From positions 5,373-69,372 of the IMG/VR virus record IMGVR_UViG_3300048858_000099: a DNA stretch of 64,000 bases. One strand, given 5' to 3'. Below, piece after piece: positions 35,349 to 45,470 of the stretch. Position 1 is the first letter of the stretch. The number at the start of each line of letters is the position of its first letter. The notes beneath the pieces are model-generated. The model had not been told where the DNA came from. It saw only the letters and a program-made list of their open reading frames with translations, and did no database searches. This DNA comes from a virus. Its lineage: Duplodnaviria; Caudoviricetes. Made by a program: the position numbers and the translations under genes.

Positions 35349-37477
35349 TACGCCTCCGTGCGCAGCTTGACCACGAGCTTCCCGCGGCAGCGGTCAGAGC
35401 CGAGGCATGAGCGATAGCGGCCACGGCCGTAGTCCTTCTCGCCGTCTTCGATGGAGTCGTAGCGCTTCTCGTCGATCTCGCGGCAGGGCTTGCAGGTGGC
35501 TGGGTCCAGCAGCTCACTGGCTTGCACTGCCTCGACGTCACCCTGGGCGAGGGCGGCAAGGCGACCGGCCTCTTGTGCTCGTGAGAGGGCTCCTTGCAGG
35601 CGGTCCTTGACGTAGGAGTCGGTGAGTCCGTTGAGGTGGTCTGCCACAGCGACCGCGATGGCCGTAGCTGTTAGACCAGCGCCGACCAAGGACATGGCCT
35701 CACGACTGGCCGCTTCCGAGATGGAGGCCGCCATGACCGTAGACAGAGCCTCCGCGGTCTGGCGCAGCTCTTCATCGAGGGCCGCAAGGTCAGGTGCTTC
35801 CAGCTCCACCCCCTGGTACGCAGCCTCCTGTAATCCGGCCATGACACCGCTCGACGCGAGGGCGGACATGGCCGCACTCAGGACATCGGCGCCGGCGGGC
35901 GTAGCGCGCAACTGGGCGAACCCGAGCTCGTCGTCGGGGGATAAGCCCTCGATCAGGGCCACCAGCTCTGCCACAAGCGTCACCTTGACCGTGACGCGCC
36001 AGCGGAGCAGGAGAGCAGCCAGCGCCGCGAGGAGTGCTGCGTCGAGGGTAGCGAAGTCGATGCCGGCCTCTTGCTCAAACTCGTTGGGCTCTCGGTTGCC
36101 CGTCTGGGGCTGGTCACCCTCCGCGGCGTTGACCACGTTGAGTCGCGGGCGACGAGAAGGATGTTCGTCGCGAGCAGAGGCAGCGACCTCGACCAGTTTG
36201 GGAGCGGCGGGGACGGTCACTGGCTCGTCGGGGTCTTCTTCCTCGATGGGCTCAGGCAGCTTGTAGCGGTCGCGGACGAAGGCGCGCAGGTCCTCGTCGG
36301 GTTCGATGAGCCCCGCGTTGGTGAGCGACACCAGGTCGACCACAGCGGATGAGGGATCGTCGTCACGCTCGAAGGTGAGGAGGGGCACCTGCTCGTCGAT
36401 GCCGAAGTTCAGATCGACCAGATCCTCGATGACGTGCTCGTTGGTGGTCGTCATGTACTCCCTGGCGATGGTCTCCTGCGCGAGGGAGAAGAAGTCGGTG
36501 AAGGACTCACCGAGGGCGCGCGAGCCGGTCTGCGTTGTGCCGAGGTCCATGAACATTGCGAGGAACGCACGGCTCATCTGCTGGTCGTGGTAGCGCATCG
36601 AAGCGATGGTGTCGGGAGTAGAGCCCTCAACCCCGACGAGGCGGAGTCTGGCGCCGTAGGGGAGTGCGCCACCTGAGCTGTCCCCGACGCGGTAGGCCAT
36701 GGCCAGGTTGTTCAGCACCGCGATCTCGGCCGGCGTTGCGTTCTCGTGGGCCTCGATGATTGGCACGCCCGCGCCCGTGCGCTCGTGGCGCACCACGTCG
36801 ATGCGCATGAGCTTGTCCTTGGCCACGAAGGGCCGAAAGCACGATCGCATGATCGAGCGCCCCCGCCAGTTGCCGCCCTCCTGGTCGTGGAGGTAGGCGA
36901 CCAGGTTGTCTACCTTGATCTCGATGCCCGTCTGGAGGCCGTAGAGGCCGTTTCTGCCGGGGATCGGGGAGCCTGCCGGGAGCTGCACGATGGACTTGAG
37001 GCCGCCGTCAGGCGAGACGCGGATCTCGCTGATGGTCAGCGGCATGCGGATGCCCAGCTTGTACAGGTCGAGGAACTGCGTGGTCTCGTTGTACTGGTAC
37101 TTCTGCTCGAAGAAGGCATGTCCGTAGACGAGGCTCAGGAGGGCGTTAAACAGGTGCTTGTCGTGGTTGAAGCGTCCGCGCTGACGTCGCTGGGGGACCG
37201 GATCTGCGTCCTTGATGGGCAGGTTGAAGTTCTGTGCGACCAGCTGGACAACCTCGTCCCGTGCCCCGTTGGGGTCGATCGACCAGCGGTAGCGACGGAT
37301 CGGGAGTGTCGTTGCCAGGAGGAGCGCCGCGAGCTGGGAGTCGTTGCGCATTTCGTCGTACATGCGGATCGACTGTGGCCACGCGAGACTGGGGGCTGTC
37401 TCGATCGTGTCATACATCGAGTTCCAGGGTTCTGGCCCGGGGTTCGCGTGACCCTGTTCGCGTTGTTCATTTGCCAC
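35348..37477 (-). CDS. Portal protein (DUF935/Mu gp29-like) fused to a MuF-like head morphogenesis domain
   Basis: Portal motifs DSQLAALL, YGHAFFE, GNWRGRSIMR, ERTGAGVPI, GSRALG; C-terminal LLDPATCKPC..C.G..RCRG. Confidence 0.9.
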   Translation of the reverse strand: MANEQREQGHANPGPEPWNSMYDTIETAPSLAWPQSIRMYDEMRNDSQLAALLLATTLPIRRYRWSIDPNGARDEVVQLVAQNFNLPIKDADPVPQRRQRGRFNHDKHLFNALLSLVYGHAFFEQKYQYNETTQFLDLYKLGIRMPLTISEIRVSPDGGLKSIVQLPAGSPIPGRNGLYGLQTGIEIKVDNLVAYLHDQEGGNWRGRSIMRSCFRPFVAKDKLMRIDVVRHERTGAGVPIIEAHENATPAEIAVLNNLAMAYRVGDSSGGALPYGARLRLVGVEGSTPDTIASMRYHDQQMSRAFLAMFMDLGTTQTGSRALGESFTDFFSLAQETIAREYMTTTNEHVIEDLVDLNFGIDEQVPLLTFERDDDPSSAVVDLVSLTNAGLIEPDEDLRAFVRDRYKLPEPIEEEDPDEPVTVPAAPKLVEVAASARDEHPSRRPRLNVVNAAEGDQPQTGNREPNEFEQEAGIDFATLDAALLAALAALLLRWRVTVKVTLVAELVALIEGLSPDDELGFAQLRATPAGADVLSAAMSALASSGVMAGLQEAAYQGVELEAPDLAALDEELRQTAEALSTVMAASISEAASREAMSLVGAGLTATAIAVAVADHLNGLTDSYVKDRLQGALSRAQEAGRLAALAQGDVEAVQASELLDPATCKPCREIDEKRYDSIEDGEKDYGRGRYRSCLGSDRCRGKLVVKLRTEA

Positions 37478-37518
37478 TGGCAGGAGTCCTCTAGCTGGCC
37501 TTGGCAGCCAAGGTTAGA

Positions 37519-39066
37519 TCACCACTTCAGCGTCATGATGTTTCCCGCGATGGTCTCGCCTCGGTGAGCCGCGAGGTCGACCTTCTGCACCCCGTGACGG
37601 AGCAGGATGCGCACCGCGTGGACAGCGCTGTCGAGCCGGTCGGGAGAGAGTCCAGCGGAGTCGGCAGTCGTGGTCCGGATCTGCTGCTCCAGCTCTGGGA
37701 AGTTGCCCACCGGGTGCCAACGTTTGGTTCGGATGGCGTCCTGGAGGCTGAGGGCGCGGTCGAACTTGGTTTTGTGTGCTGGCTCTTCACCGATCGACAC
37801 GTCAGTAACTGCCATGCGCTCCATGGCGCCTCTAAGGGCAGACTTGATGGCATCGACGCCCTGGTTCGGCTCGTAGATGATCTGACCGGCTTCCCAGTTC
37901 ACCGCGGCCGCAACGGCGCGCTCGGCCCACTTGTCGACGGGTAGGCGGCAGGACAAGTCGTCCATGAAGTACACGTGGCCATCGGTGCCCAGGCGGCTGA
38001 CGGTGATGCCGGTCTCGTCGCTGCTGGGGGTGTTTGAGACCGCAGGGTCCACAAAGACCAGGGTGCGAACCGTATCGAAGGGATGGTGGCCCGCTGTCCG
38101 GCGCCGTGTTGCCTCGATCTCCTCAGCCGTAGCGATCGCGCCCTCGACCACATCGACCTCGTGCTGCACCTCGGTGAGGAAGGCGCGCGGACCGATGTCG
38201 TTGAGCAGCGCCTCGTACGTGCCGACCGAGGCTCCGTCCCAGGTGGGCTCGCCGCTGGTGATCCGGTAGGTGCCGTCGCGGCGGACGTCGAACGCGAAGT
38301 CGCGGAGACCCGGGATGGGGCCGATGACCGTGCGGTTCCGAAGGAAGTCGGCGCGGCCGTCAGCCATGCGCGCAAAGATGCTGTCGGCATGGATGAGGTT
38401 CTGCACCGCCAGCACGGCGACCTTCTCGGAACCAGCCGGGATGATGCCCTTGGTGATGACGTCGATCTTCTTGGCCGTCGTCCGAGGGGTGTCGGACGCC
38501 TCGTCGATGTCGTCGATGACGATGAGGTCGGGGCGTTGATCTTCGACACGGATACCGCGAGCTGCGGTGTCCAAACCCAGTGCGTCGACGGTGAACCCGG
38601 TCGCAGTACGCAGGCGGTTGCGCCGCCACCCCTTGGCGTTACCGAACTTGCCGACCAGGCGCTCGCCCATCTCGGGGTAGTGCTCCTCCACGGTGGCGGA
38701 CTCAAGCATCGCGCCAATCGTGGCTACGTGCTTGTCCGCCTGGTCTTGCGTCTCGCACACGTAGACCACGTAGCGGCGGCACTGACGCACTCCGAGAGCG
38801 ACGACACCAAGTTCCGCGGTCGTGGACTTCGCGGCGCCACGAGCGAGGATCGCGACCATGGAGCTTGGACGGTCGTTGATGCCGATGGACCAGATCCAGC
38901 GCCAGATGGTGTGGTGGTGGTCGGCCAGAGGGTACTTCGCGTAGCCCGGGAACATCGTGTTCAGCCAAACCACGTAGTCCTGCTCGATGGCTTGGCGGTC
39001 CGACGTCAGGTGAGGGAACAGCAGATCAGCGGCGACCTCGAAGGCTGATCGCGGCGCAAGGGTCAT
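37519..39066 (-). CDS. Terminase large subunit
   Basis: Walker A ARGAAKST, Walker B LIVIDDID, nuclease FVDPA and DRLDS. Confidence 0.95.
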   Translation of the reverse strand: MTLAPRSAFEVAADLLFPHLTSDRQAIEQDYVVWLNTMFPGYAKYPLADHHHTIWRWIWSIGINDRPSSMVAILARGAAKSTTAELGVVALGVRQCRRYVVYVCETQDQADKHVATIGAMLESATVEEHYPEMGERLVGKFGNAKGWRRNRLRTATGFTVDALGLDTAARGIRVEDQRPDLIVIDDIDEASDTPRTTAKKIDVITKGIIPAGSEKVAVLAVQNLIHADSIFARMADGRADFLRNRTVIGPIPGLRDFAFDVRRDGTYRITSGEPTWDGASVGTYEALLNDIGPRAFLTEVQHEVDVVEGAIATAEEIEATRRRTAGHHPFDTVRTLVFVDPAVSNTPSSDETGITVSRLGTDGHVYFMDDLSCRLPVDKWAERAVAAAVNWEAGQIIYEPNQGVDAIKSALRGAMERMAVTDVSIGEEPAHKTKFDRALSLQDAIRTKRWHPVGNFPELEQQIRTTTADSAGLSPDRLDSAVHAVRILLRHGVQKVDLAAHRGETIAGNIMTLKW

Positions 39067-39094
39067 GCGCCACGATACCTACCCTGACTGTGGG

Positions 39095-39268
39095 TCAGAG
39101 GTTGCCGCCCGCGAAGAGGAGAAACAGCACGAACACGAGGGCGATGATGCCGAGAGCCATACGCTGGTTGCTGACGCGACCCTTGCCGAACTCGCCACAC
39201 GAGGGGCAGCGCTCAGCGTTGGACGACATCTTGTGGTTGCAGGTACGGCAGGCGACGAGCTGGGCCAT
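39095..39268 (-). CDS. Zinc-ribbon plus TM small protein
   Basis: Translated by hand: CRTC..CPSCG then a hydrophobic helix. Confidence 0.65.
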   Translation of the reverse strand: MAQLVACRTCNHKMSSNAERCPSCGEFGKGRVSNQRMALGIIALVFVLFLLFAGGNL

Positions 39269-39360
39269 GGTGACTCCTCAGTGGGTCGGACAGACCTTCG
39301 TAGTCTCGGAGCCCTCTAGAACGCCCCTGAGCAAGGTCACCCATTCGGGTCCAGGTGCCG

Positions 39361-39528
39361 TCAGTGCCCGTACTTCCGCAGGAAGTCGTCCAGCGCCTTG
39401 GCCACCACCTGCGACGGCTTCACGCCATGCTGCGCGGAGAAGGCAGACAAGCGGTCATGCAGAGGGGCGTCCACGGTGACGCTGAGCGCCACCCTGCGGA
39501 GCTTCGCCTCCTTGGACGGTCCCCGCAT
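39361..39528 (-). CDS. Ribbon-helix-helix DNA-binding protein
   Basis: Translated by hand: VALSVTVDAPLHDRLSAFSAQHGVKPSQVVAKALDDFL. Confidence 0.7.
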   Translation of the reverse strand: MRGPSKEAKLRRVALSVTVDAPLHDRLSAFSAQHGVKPSQVVAKALDDFLRKYGH

Positions 39529-39827
39529 CAGGCCTTGTCCTCAGCCCAGTCCCAGATGAAGACGCCAGCGGCCACGATCAGCGAGAGCCCGTTGGAGACC
39601 GCCCAGGCCGGGAACCAGAAGGGCGATGTCAGCAGGAGCAGTGGGAGGACGACGACGGCCAAGAGAGGTAGGCCCACGAAGACTCCGAGCACCACGCCCA
39701 GCACGACAAGGGTGTTGCTGGCGGTCTGGCCGGCCGTGGGCTGGTTGACGACGACGTAGGGAGCGGGGGCCGACTGAGGACGTGGCACCCAGCCTCCTGG
39801 TTCGACGCACGTGGTCTGGTCAATCAC
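39528..39827 (-). CDS. Small membrane protein
   Basis: Long hydrophobic stretch; coupled stop/start. Confidence 0.6.
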   Translation of the reverse strand: MIDQTTCVEPGGWVPRPQSAPAPYVVVNQPTAGQTASNTLVVLGVVLGVFVGLPLLAVVVLPLLLLTSPFWFPAWAVSNGLSLIVAAGVFIWDWAEDKA

Positions 39828-40123
39828 TGGGGGTCCGCCAGGCCTGTGATCTTGAGAGCCGCGTACGGGTTCTTGACGCGCGGTATGTGCACGAAGTCAT
39901 CGAAGGCCGAGGGGCTCATCAGGAACGCTTGGCCAGGAGGAACAGCGTTTGAGGTGACGATGGGGATCTCGGATCCGGGCACCACCTTGTCGGTCTCGCG
40001 GCCGGCCCGTAGCCCGGCCTTGAGTTCGCGCAGCTCCCGGCGCGTGCGCTGGTACTGACGGTCCACCAAGACAATGTGGGCGGTGAGGGAGAACGCCACG
40101 AGGGCGAAGGCTAGATAGATCAC
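39824..40123 (-). CDS. Hypothetical protein with N-terminal TM
   Basis: Overlapping start/stop with both neighbours. Confidence 0.55.
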   Translation of the reverse strand: MIYLAFALVAFSLTAHIVLVDRQYQRTRRELRELKAGLRAGRETDKVVPGSEIPIVTSNAVPPGQAFLMSPSAFDDFVHIPRVKNPYAALKITGLADPQ

Positions 40124-40386
40124 GACTCTCCGAACCAGTCTCGCAGTTTCTGTGTCGTGGCCGTCCTCGCGGCGCGCATTCGTTCCATCTCGGCGGCCTC
40201 GGGGTACGTCGCCACGATCACCACCTCGTTCTGTTGGAAGGTTTCGATCTTGAGATCAGGTGCCAGGACGACGGCACGACCGTCCTTGAGAACCGTGAAG
40301 GGTGCGAAGCCGCCATGTGGCAGCCACATCTCCAGGTGGTCATCCGTGAGGTCCCGCACTAGTACCTGCTCGATGCCTATTTCCAT
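40120..40386 (-). CDS. Hypothetical protein
   Basis: Good RBS (AAGGAGA). Confidence 0.6.
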   Translation of the reverse strand: MEIGIEQVLVRDLTDDHLEMWLPHGGFAPFTVLKDGRAVVLAPDLKIETFQQNEVVIVATYPEAAEMERMRAARTATTQKLRDWFGES

Positions 40387-40459
40387 GTCTGTTTCTCCTT
40401 GTTGAATGAGGCCAGTCGGCCTCCAATGGGTAGGTGTTTAGCGATGAAGTGGTTGCTAG

Positions 40460-40636
40460 TCACGCGGACCTCCTGATCCACCGGTTGAAACGGTGACGGA
40501 GGGAACGGTCCTCGGTGTAGTGGCGGCAGGCGCAGCGGTCTCCGTGGCAGCGGAATACGCTGAAGCCTCCATCGGGTCTGATGTAGGCGCGGTGCTCAAG
40601 AGCGTTGTGGCCGCAGCGGCAGTAGCGCTCGTTCAT
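40460..40636 (-). CDS. Small Cys/His-rich protein
   Basis: Translated by hand: CRCGH..EH..C..CAC. Confidence 0.5.
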   Translation of the reverse strand: MNERYCRCGHNALEHRAYIRPDGGFSVFRCHGDRCACRHYTEDRSLRHRFNRWIRRSA

Positions 40637-40866
40637 GACCGCTCTCGTGCTTTGGCTAGGTCCGTCTCGGACTGCATCGCCAACCAGTCGCGGGCGTCGA
40701 CGTCGAGCGCGTCCTGAAGCTGGATCGCTGTCTCAGCTGTGATGCGCTTCTTACCGTTCATGATCTCACTGAGGGCTTGGTAGGGGCGGCCCATGACCTG
40801 AGCGAGATCCCGTTGGTTCCAGCCCCGCTCTTGCAAGAGGCTGCGGATCAGGTCACCCGCCGTCAC
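40633..40866 (-). CDS. XRE-family HTH protein, HigA-like
   Basis: GWNQRDLA..GRPYQALSEIMNGKKRITAETAIQL..W..Q. Confidence 0.8.
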   Translation of the reverse strand: MTAGDLIRSLLQERGWNQRDLAQVMGRPYQALSEIMNGKKRITAETAIQLQDALDVDARDWLAMQSETDLAKARERS

Positions 40867-41014
40867 GACTTCACATCTCCACGTTCGATGTGGAACTGCG
40901 TGTGCTCAGTTCGCATGCGGGTTCGACTGAAGCAGAGAGGGCAGGTCGTGTCGCTGATCGAGTAGCCGCGTTTACCCCAGGCCTCAAGCATCTCCAGGTT
41001 GGTGGGCTTGTTGG

Positions 41015-41560
41015 TCATGACTCACCAGCCAACAGCGCTGCAAGCTCATCGCCAGTGATGGGCTCGCCGAAGCGGGTTCCGTCGAACAGGTACAGCGCTT
41101 CGATCGGCGCGTAGGAGTCCTTGATCCGCCGAATGTGGTCGACGGTCAGTGCCTTGTTCAGGAACTCCGTGGGGAACATGACGAGGTAGACCGGCTCTGG
41201 TGGCTGTAGTGCTGCCTGGAGGGCGCGGGCTGCATCGAGCACACGACCGTCGCCGTCTGCCTCGAAGTACCGCAGCGCGGCAGTCATATCGTGCTGACGG
41301 TTGTCCTGCTTCTGCAGCCACGCGAACGCCGCCTGGTTCAGTTCCTCTTGCAGCTTGGCTACGTCGGGAGCAGGTTCGACCAACTCGTAGCTGTAGGAGT
41401 AGCGGTAAGGACCGCTGGTCTCGTCGCCAACAGCCAGGAAGAGAGTGCCGGCCTCGTTGGTGGCTTCCACCTCGAACACAGGTGCGCGCCGCGCGGCGTC
41501 CTTGTAATAGAGGGGCTGAGGCCGGTAGCAAACCCTGTCGCCTACCTTGAACACGGTCAT
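41015..41560 (-). CDS. Hypothetical protein
   Basis: Start reassigned to ATG at 41560 (MTVFKVGDRV). Confidence 0.6.
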   Translation of the reverse strand: MTVFKVGDRVCYRPQPLYYKDAARRAPVFEVEATNEAGTLFLAVGDETSGPYRYSYSYELVEPAPDVAKLQEELNQAAFAWLQKQDNRQHDMTAALRYFEADGDGRVLDAARALQAALQPPEPVYLVMFPTEFLNKALTVDHIRRIKDSYAPIEALYLFDGTRFGEPITGDELAALLAGES

Positions 41561-41723
41561 GGCGCCACCTCCGAGCACTCAGCTACAGCGTGAGCACCGA
41601 TGCAGGCCTCGTAGGCTCGTACGGCTCCCTCGGTACCTGTGACAGTGATGACCCCAATGAGGATCACAACGGCAGTGAGGATGATGGCTACGACGTCGGG
41701 CGTGGGATCTGAGGAGCGCTTCA

Positions 41724-42008
41724 TCAGTCCCACCCGTACTTGTCGTTCACTGCTTCGCGGAGGTCTTCGAGGGTGTCGGCGCTGATGACTTCGCGCGCGC
41801 GGTTATACCGCCAAACCTCTTCGTGGAACTGGCCGTCAGCGAACCAGAGGTAGCCCCGAAAGTTCCAGGCGAAGTGGTTGCCGCTCTTGCCATCCTTAAG
41901 GCGCTGCTGGAGCTGGGGGTCGATGCACTGGTCGTAGTTGCTGATGCAGGGTGTGTCACTGCCAGCGGCGTAGAGATCCGCTGGCAGGGTTGGTGAGGCT
42001 TCAGTCAT
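41724..42008 (-). CDS. Hypothetical phage protein
   Basis: Start ATG at 42008 after a GAGG RBS. Confidence 0.6.
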   Translation of the reverse strand: MTEASPTLPADLYAAGSDTPCISNYDQCIDPQLQQRLKDGKSGNHFAWNFRGYLWFADGQFHEEVWRYNRAREVISADTLEDLREAVNDKYGWD

Positions 42009-42237
42009 TGGTTCCTCTCGGGTTGGGGGAGGGGGAGAACTGCGAGATGAACGCCACGCTTTCGAGCGTGGGGTGGACGAGGTTTGCCGCGTCTGCCCAG
42101 ATGTTCCGGATGCGCTCGACGGACAGGTCGAGCGCGTCCAAGATGGTGCGCCCACTGCCTGGCACCAAACGAAACCGTTGAGGTTCCAGGCCGTACTCAG
42201 CAGGTAGGCCGGGCATGAGGTCCCAGGGGCCGGTCAT
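42001..42237 (-). CDS. Hypothetical protein
   Basis: Coupled to its neighbours. Confidence 0.5.
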   Translation of the reverse strand: MTGPWDLMPGLPAEYGLEPQRFRLVPGSGRTILDALDLSVERIRNIWADAANLVHPTLESVAFISQFSPSPNPRGTND

Positions 42238-42467
42238 CGCTTGTTCCTCAACACTGACGCCAGGGTTTCAGCAAACTCATCGAAGGACTCACCATCGTGT
42301 TCGCCGCTGTCGGTCACGATGATCTGCAAGCCGCTGGTGTCGGTGTTGGGATATCCCCAGAACACCGACGAAAGAGCATTCATGACGTCTTGGACGCCGG
42401 GAGCGGCCTGGACTGCTGGCACGTAGCGCACACCATCGATACGCACACTAGGAATTCGATCGGTCAC
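42234..42467 (-). CDS. Hypothetical protein
   Basis: Coupled to its neighbours. Confidence 0.55.
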   Translation of the reverse strand: MTDRIPSVRIDGVRYVPAVQAAPGVQDVMNALSSVFWGYPNTDTSGLQIIVTDSGEHDGESFDEFAETLASVLRNKR

Positions 42468-42724
42468 TTGCTGTCCTTCTTGAATCGCGGAGTCACGTTT
42501 CGGCCGGTGGCGGCACTGCTCGCGCGGGGCGTGGTGATCTCGGGACCGTGCTCGCCGCGCATGACCGGCTTGTCTGCCTGAACTGCTCGACGCAGGGCTC
42601 GCCGGATGGTCGTGGCCAGGGACCGCTCGTCCTTGTCGGCAAGGGCCTTGAGCTCGTCACGGAGACTTCGCGGGATGCGGATTGTCATGGCGACCTCATC
42701 GTCGCCGGGGTGTTCATCATGCAT
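42464..42724 (-). CDS. Arc/CopG-like ribbon-helix-helix regulator
   Basis: MTIRIPRSLRDELKALADKDERSLATTIRRAL. Confidence 0.75.
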   Translation of the reverse strand: MHDEHPGDDEVAMTIRIPRSLRDELKALADKDERSLATTIRRALRRAVQADKPVMRGEHGPEITTPRASSAATGRNVTPRFKKDSK

Positions 42725-42801
42725 TGGTGCAAAACCTAGTCCAGTAGGTGGCGTCTTGCTACCGTTTTCGTGTCTAGTTGCAACAAACTGGGTCGATTGA
42801 C

Positions 42802-43491
42802 CTACTCGGCAACGATCCGAACACAGGTTTCAGCTTCTTCATCTGTCGTCCAATGCGAGCTATTGGCGGGGACGTTCACGTGCACGTGCACCTTCTTCGC
42901 GCCAGCAAGAGGAACTGTCGCTACGAAACGAACAACTCCTGTCGCGTCTGGACCAGCTTGGGCATCCACCAGGATCTCCTTGTCATCGTAGGAATCTTTC
43001 GACTCACAGGACGAGTGAGCCGTGATCACAGCAGCGTTGGTGTTCTGTAGGTTGACGGCAGAGACCTCGATCCGGGCGGCCCCATCGGCAACTGTCACGT
43101 CGATCGAGGGCTTCGACACCTGTCCGTTGGACGTCACAGCCCCGTAGATGCCGCCCACTAGTGCCAACGCGCACGGGATGCTCGCGGCTATCACTCCGCC
43201 CCCAGCTCTCTTGTTGCTGCCGGGGTACTTCTTCCGGTATTTCACCCAGGCGGGTATCACGGTGGCAGCGAACAGGCCGAGGGCAAGGATGGAGAGCCCC
43301 ACGATCGACTCCCAGACGTAGCTCCTGACCACCTGTGCGACCTGGTCAGACTTGAGGCCGACGACGCTGAGGACAGTCACCAGCAGAGCGGTGACCTTGG
43401 CCGCGTCAGGGAGCGCATCTTTGATCGCCTCATGACGCTCGGCCGCTTGATCGCGGGTCTTGACCGTCGCGGGCTCACGCTCTTCAGCCAT
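42802..43491 (-). CDS. Membrane protein with C-terminal beta domain
   Basis: Three hydrophobic segments. Confidence 0.55.
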   Translation of the reverse strand: MAEEREPATVKTRDQAAERHEAIKDALPDAAKVTALLVTVLSVVGLKSDQVAQVVRSYVWESIVGLSILALGLFAATVIPAWVKYRKKYPGSNKRAGGGVIAASIPCALALVGGIYGAVTSNGQVSKPSIDVTVADGAARIEVSAVNLQNTNAAVITAHSSCESKDSYDDKEILVDAQAGPDATGVVRFVATVPLAGAKKVHVHVNVPANSSHWTTDEEAETCVRIVAE

Positions 43492-43654
43492 GGGAACCCC
43501 CAGTCGCTCGACTGGCCCGATTATCTAGACAGCTTGCTCACTCGTCTGGCCCTCGCTAGGGGGACAGCCTGGGTCGGCTCCGACGCCCGGTGGAGTGCTC
43601 CGGACGGGTGCTCTTGGCTACAGGGCTGGCGAGAGGTGCCCGACAGCTGGAGGT

Positions 43655-44401
43655 ATGCGCTACATCGGACAGGCCAAGTTCCGGGCGGCCTTGCCGTCAG
43701 ACGCCAACTTTATGTCCTTGAAGGGCCCTCGGACCCTCTGGGTGGACGGGCTCCATGGGTCGTTTTACGACTACTTCCCGAAAGAATGTTACGTAGACCC
43801 CCACGGGTCTGAAGACTGGATGCGATCCGCACGAGAAGCGCTGGCCGACATCGATGCAGGCAAGCCAATCTGCGTGTGGGCTACGGACGAGAGCGACAGA
43901 TGGCTGTACCTGGTCTTTGATCAGCTGTGGGAGGTTCCCTATTCGGAGGAACAGACCTTCGACGCCTACGACCAAGATCAGATGACCGCCAAACGTGACG
44001 CATTCATCGCCCGTTGGGATGCCGGTCTCCTTGACGAGGACGAAGACGTTCATGAGGACCCCTACGAGGACTGGTCCAGCCTCGACTTGGTACTTCGAGC
44101 GGAAGCATTGAAGCGCAAGAACGACGTCGCACACACAGTCTCGCGGGCGAAGGCTTCAGTGGGGGCCTCAGTGGGAGCTTCATCGTTGGGTTCCGGTGCA
44201 GGGTACGAGCGTCGCTCCATCGCCCAGGACGTCAAGATGTTCGTCTGGCAGCGCGACCAAGGGAAGTGCGTCTACTGCGGCGACAACCGTGACCTGGAGT
44301 TCGACCACATCATCCCGGTGTCCATGGGTGGCTCCAACACCGCTCGGAACCTGCAGCTGCTCTGCGAGCCGTGCAACCGCTCCAAGGGCGGGAACCTGTG
44401 A
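43655..44401 (+). CDS. HNH endonuclease with N-terminal extension
   Basis: RDQGKCVYCG..LEFDHIIPVSMGGSN..NLQLLCEPCNRSKG; ATG at 43655 after GGAGG. Confidence 0.9.
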   Translation: MRYIGQAKFRAALPSDANFMSLKGPRTLWVDGLHGSFYDYFPKECYVDPHGSEDWMRSAREALADIDAGKPICVWATDESDRWLYLVFDQLWEVPYSEEQTFDAYDQDQMTAKRDAFIARWDAGLLDEDEDVHEDPYEDWSSLDLVLRAEALKRKNDVAHTVSRAKASVGASVGASSLGSGAGYERRSIAQDVKMFVWQRDQGKCVYCGDNRDLEFDHIIPVSMGGSNTARNLQLLCEPCNRSKGGNL

Positions 44402-45048
44402 CCGAACTCCACGACCTGCTCCGCGCCCGTGAGGGCTGGGTTGAGGGCATCGAAGCCGCACGCGCGCTGCTGGACGACCGCCGCGACCATGTGAAGCGCG
44501 CCGTGGACGGCTACGGCGACGTCTACAAGGGTCGTCGCGCGGCCATGGTTGTCGACGTGGTGGCCAGTCGGCAGCGGGGCTACAAGGACCGAGTGCTGCC
44601 CATGGTGGCCCGGTTCGAGAGAACCGGAGCGGCCGAGAGTTTGCAGGTGCTGGGGGACTACGGCCCGGAGGGCGGCCTGGGTCTCATGAGCAGCGAGCCC
44701 GAGACGATCAAGCAGGTGGCAGCTGGTCTGTGGCGGTACTGCGTGGACCACGAGCTGGACGAAGAGGCCGGCGTCCGTTCCTGGGCCGAGTCCGTCGAGC
44801 CGTTGCGGTTCATGTTTCGCTACGACGATTACGTGGGCGCCACGAAGGGCGTCGGGGTAGCGCTATTTGCCTACGCCCGGATGCGCTCGGGGGCCGATGC
44901 CTTGAAGCCAGACCAGCGGGTGCGCAAGAGCCTGACCCGGTTGGGCTTCCGCACGCCGCCGGGTGACGCCGAACTGGTGGCGATGGCCGAGTGCGTTGCG
45001 GTCGAACTGGGTGTCAGTCGACTGGAGCTTGACCAGCTCCTCTTGTGA
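44398..45048 (+). CDS. Helix-hairpin-helix (HhH-GPD-like) DNA glycosylase-fold protein
   Basis: KGVGVALFAYARMRSG.D.LKPDQRV; GTGA overlap with the HNH gene. Confidence 0.55.
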   Translation: MTELHDLLRAREGWVEGIEAARALLDDRRDHVKRAVDGYGDVYKGRRAAMVVDVVASRQRGYKDRVLPMVARFERTGAAESLQVLGDYGPEGGLGLMSSEPETIKQVAAGLWRYCVDHELDEEAGVRSWAESVEPLRFMFRYDDYVGATKGVGVALFAYARMRSGADALKPDQRVRKSLTRLGFRTPPGDAELVAMAECVAVELGVSRLELDQLLL

Positions 45049-45079
45049 CGGATCATGGGCACTGCGGGCCCTGCTGGAG

Positions 45080-45391
45080 TCAGACGCGCTTGCCGCAGTT
45101 CGGGCACGGATGGATGGCCACGCCGCCCTGGTAGTACTGCTTGATGGGCCTGTGGTCCGCGCACGAGGACGTCGAGGAGACGCTGGGGTTACTGGCCGAC
45201 CAGGACTTCTTCAAGATGAGCCAGCCCACGAAGGCGAGCCCGCCGCCCATGCCTCCCAGGAGCGCGATCGCAGCGGCGCGCATCCACAGCTCAAGGTCGT
45301 CCTCGGTGAACGCAGCGTAGACACCTGCGATGGCCATGGCGGAGCCGCCGAGCAGCATCGCCCCGCCGATGATGAGCCCCAGGCACCCCAT
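45080..45391 (-). CDS. Two-TM protein with C-terminal zinc ribbon
   Basis: Hydrophobic N-half; C..H..CPNCG. Confidence 0.55.
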   Translation of the reverse strand: MGCLGLIIGGAMLLGGSAMAIAGVYAAFTEDDLELWMRAAAIALLGGMGGGLAFVGWLILKKSWSASNPSVSSTSSCADHRPIKQYYQGGVAIHPCPNCGKRV

Positions 45392-45470
45392 GTGAGCGGA
45401 CGGTATGGGGTCCGAGACCTGCTTGGCTAGCGGTTCCGCCAGGTCGCTCGGTCAGGGGCGTCTGAGCAGG

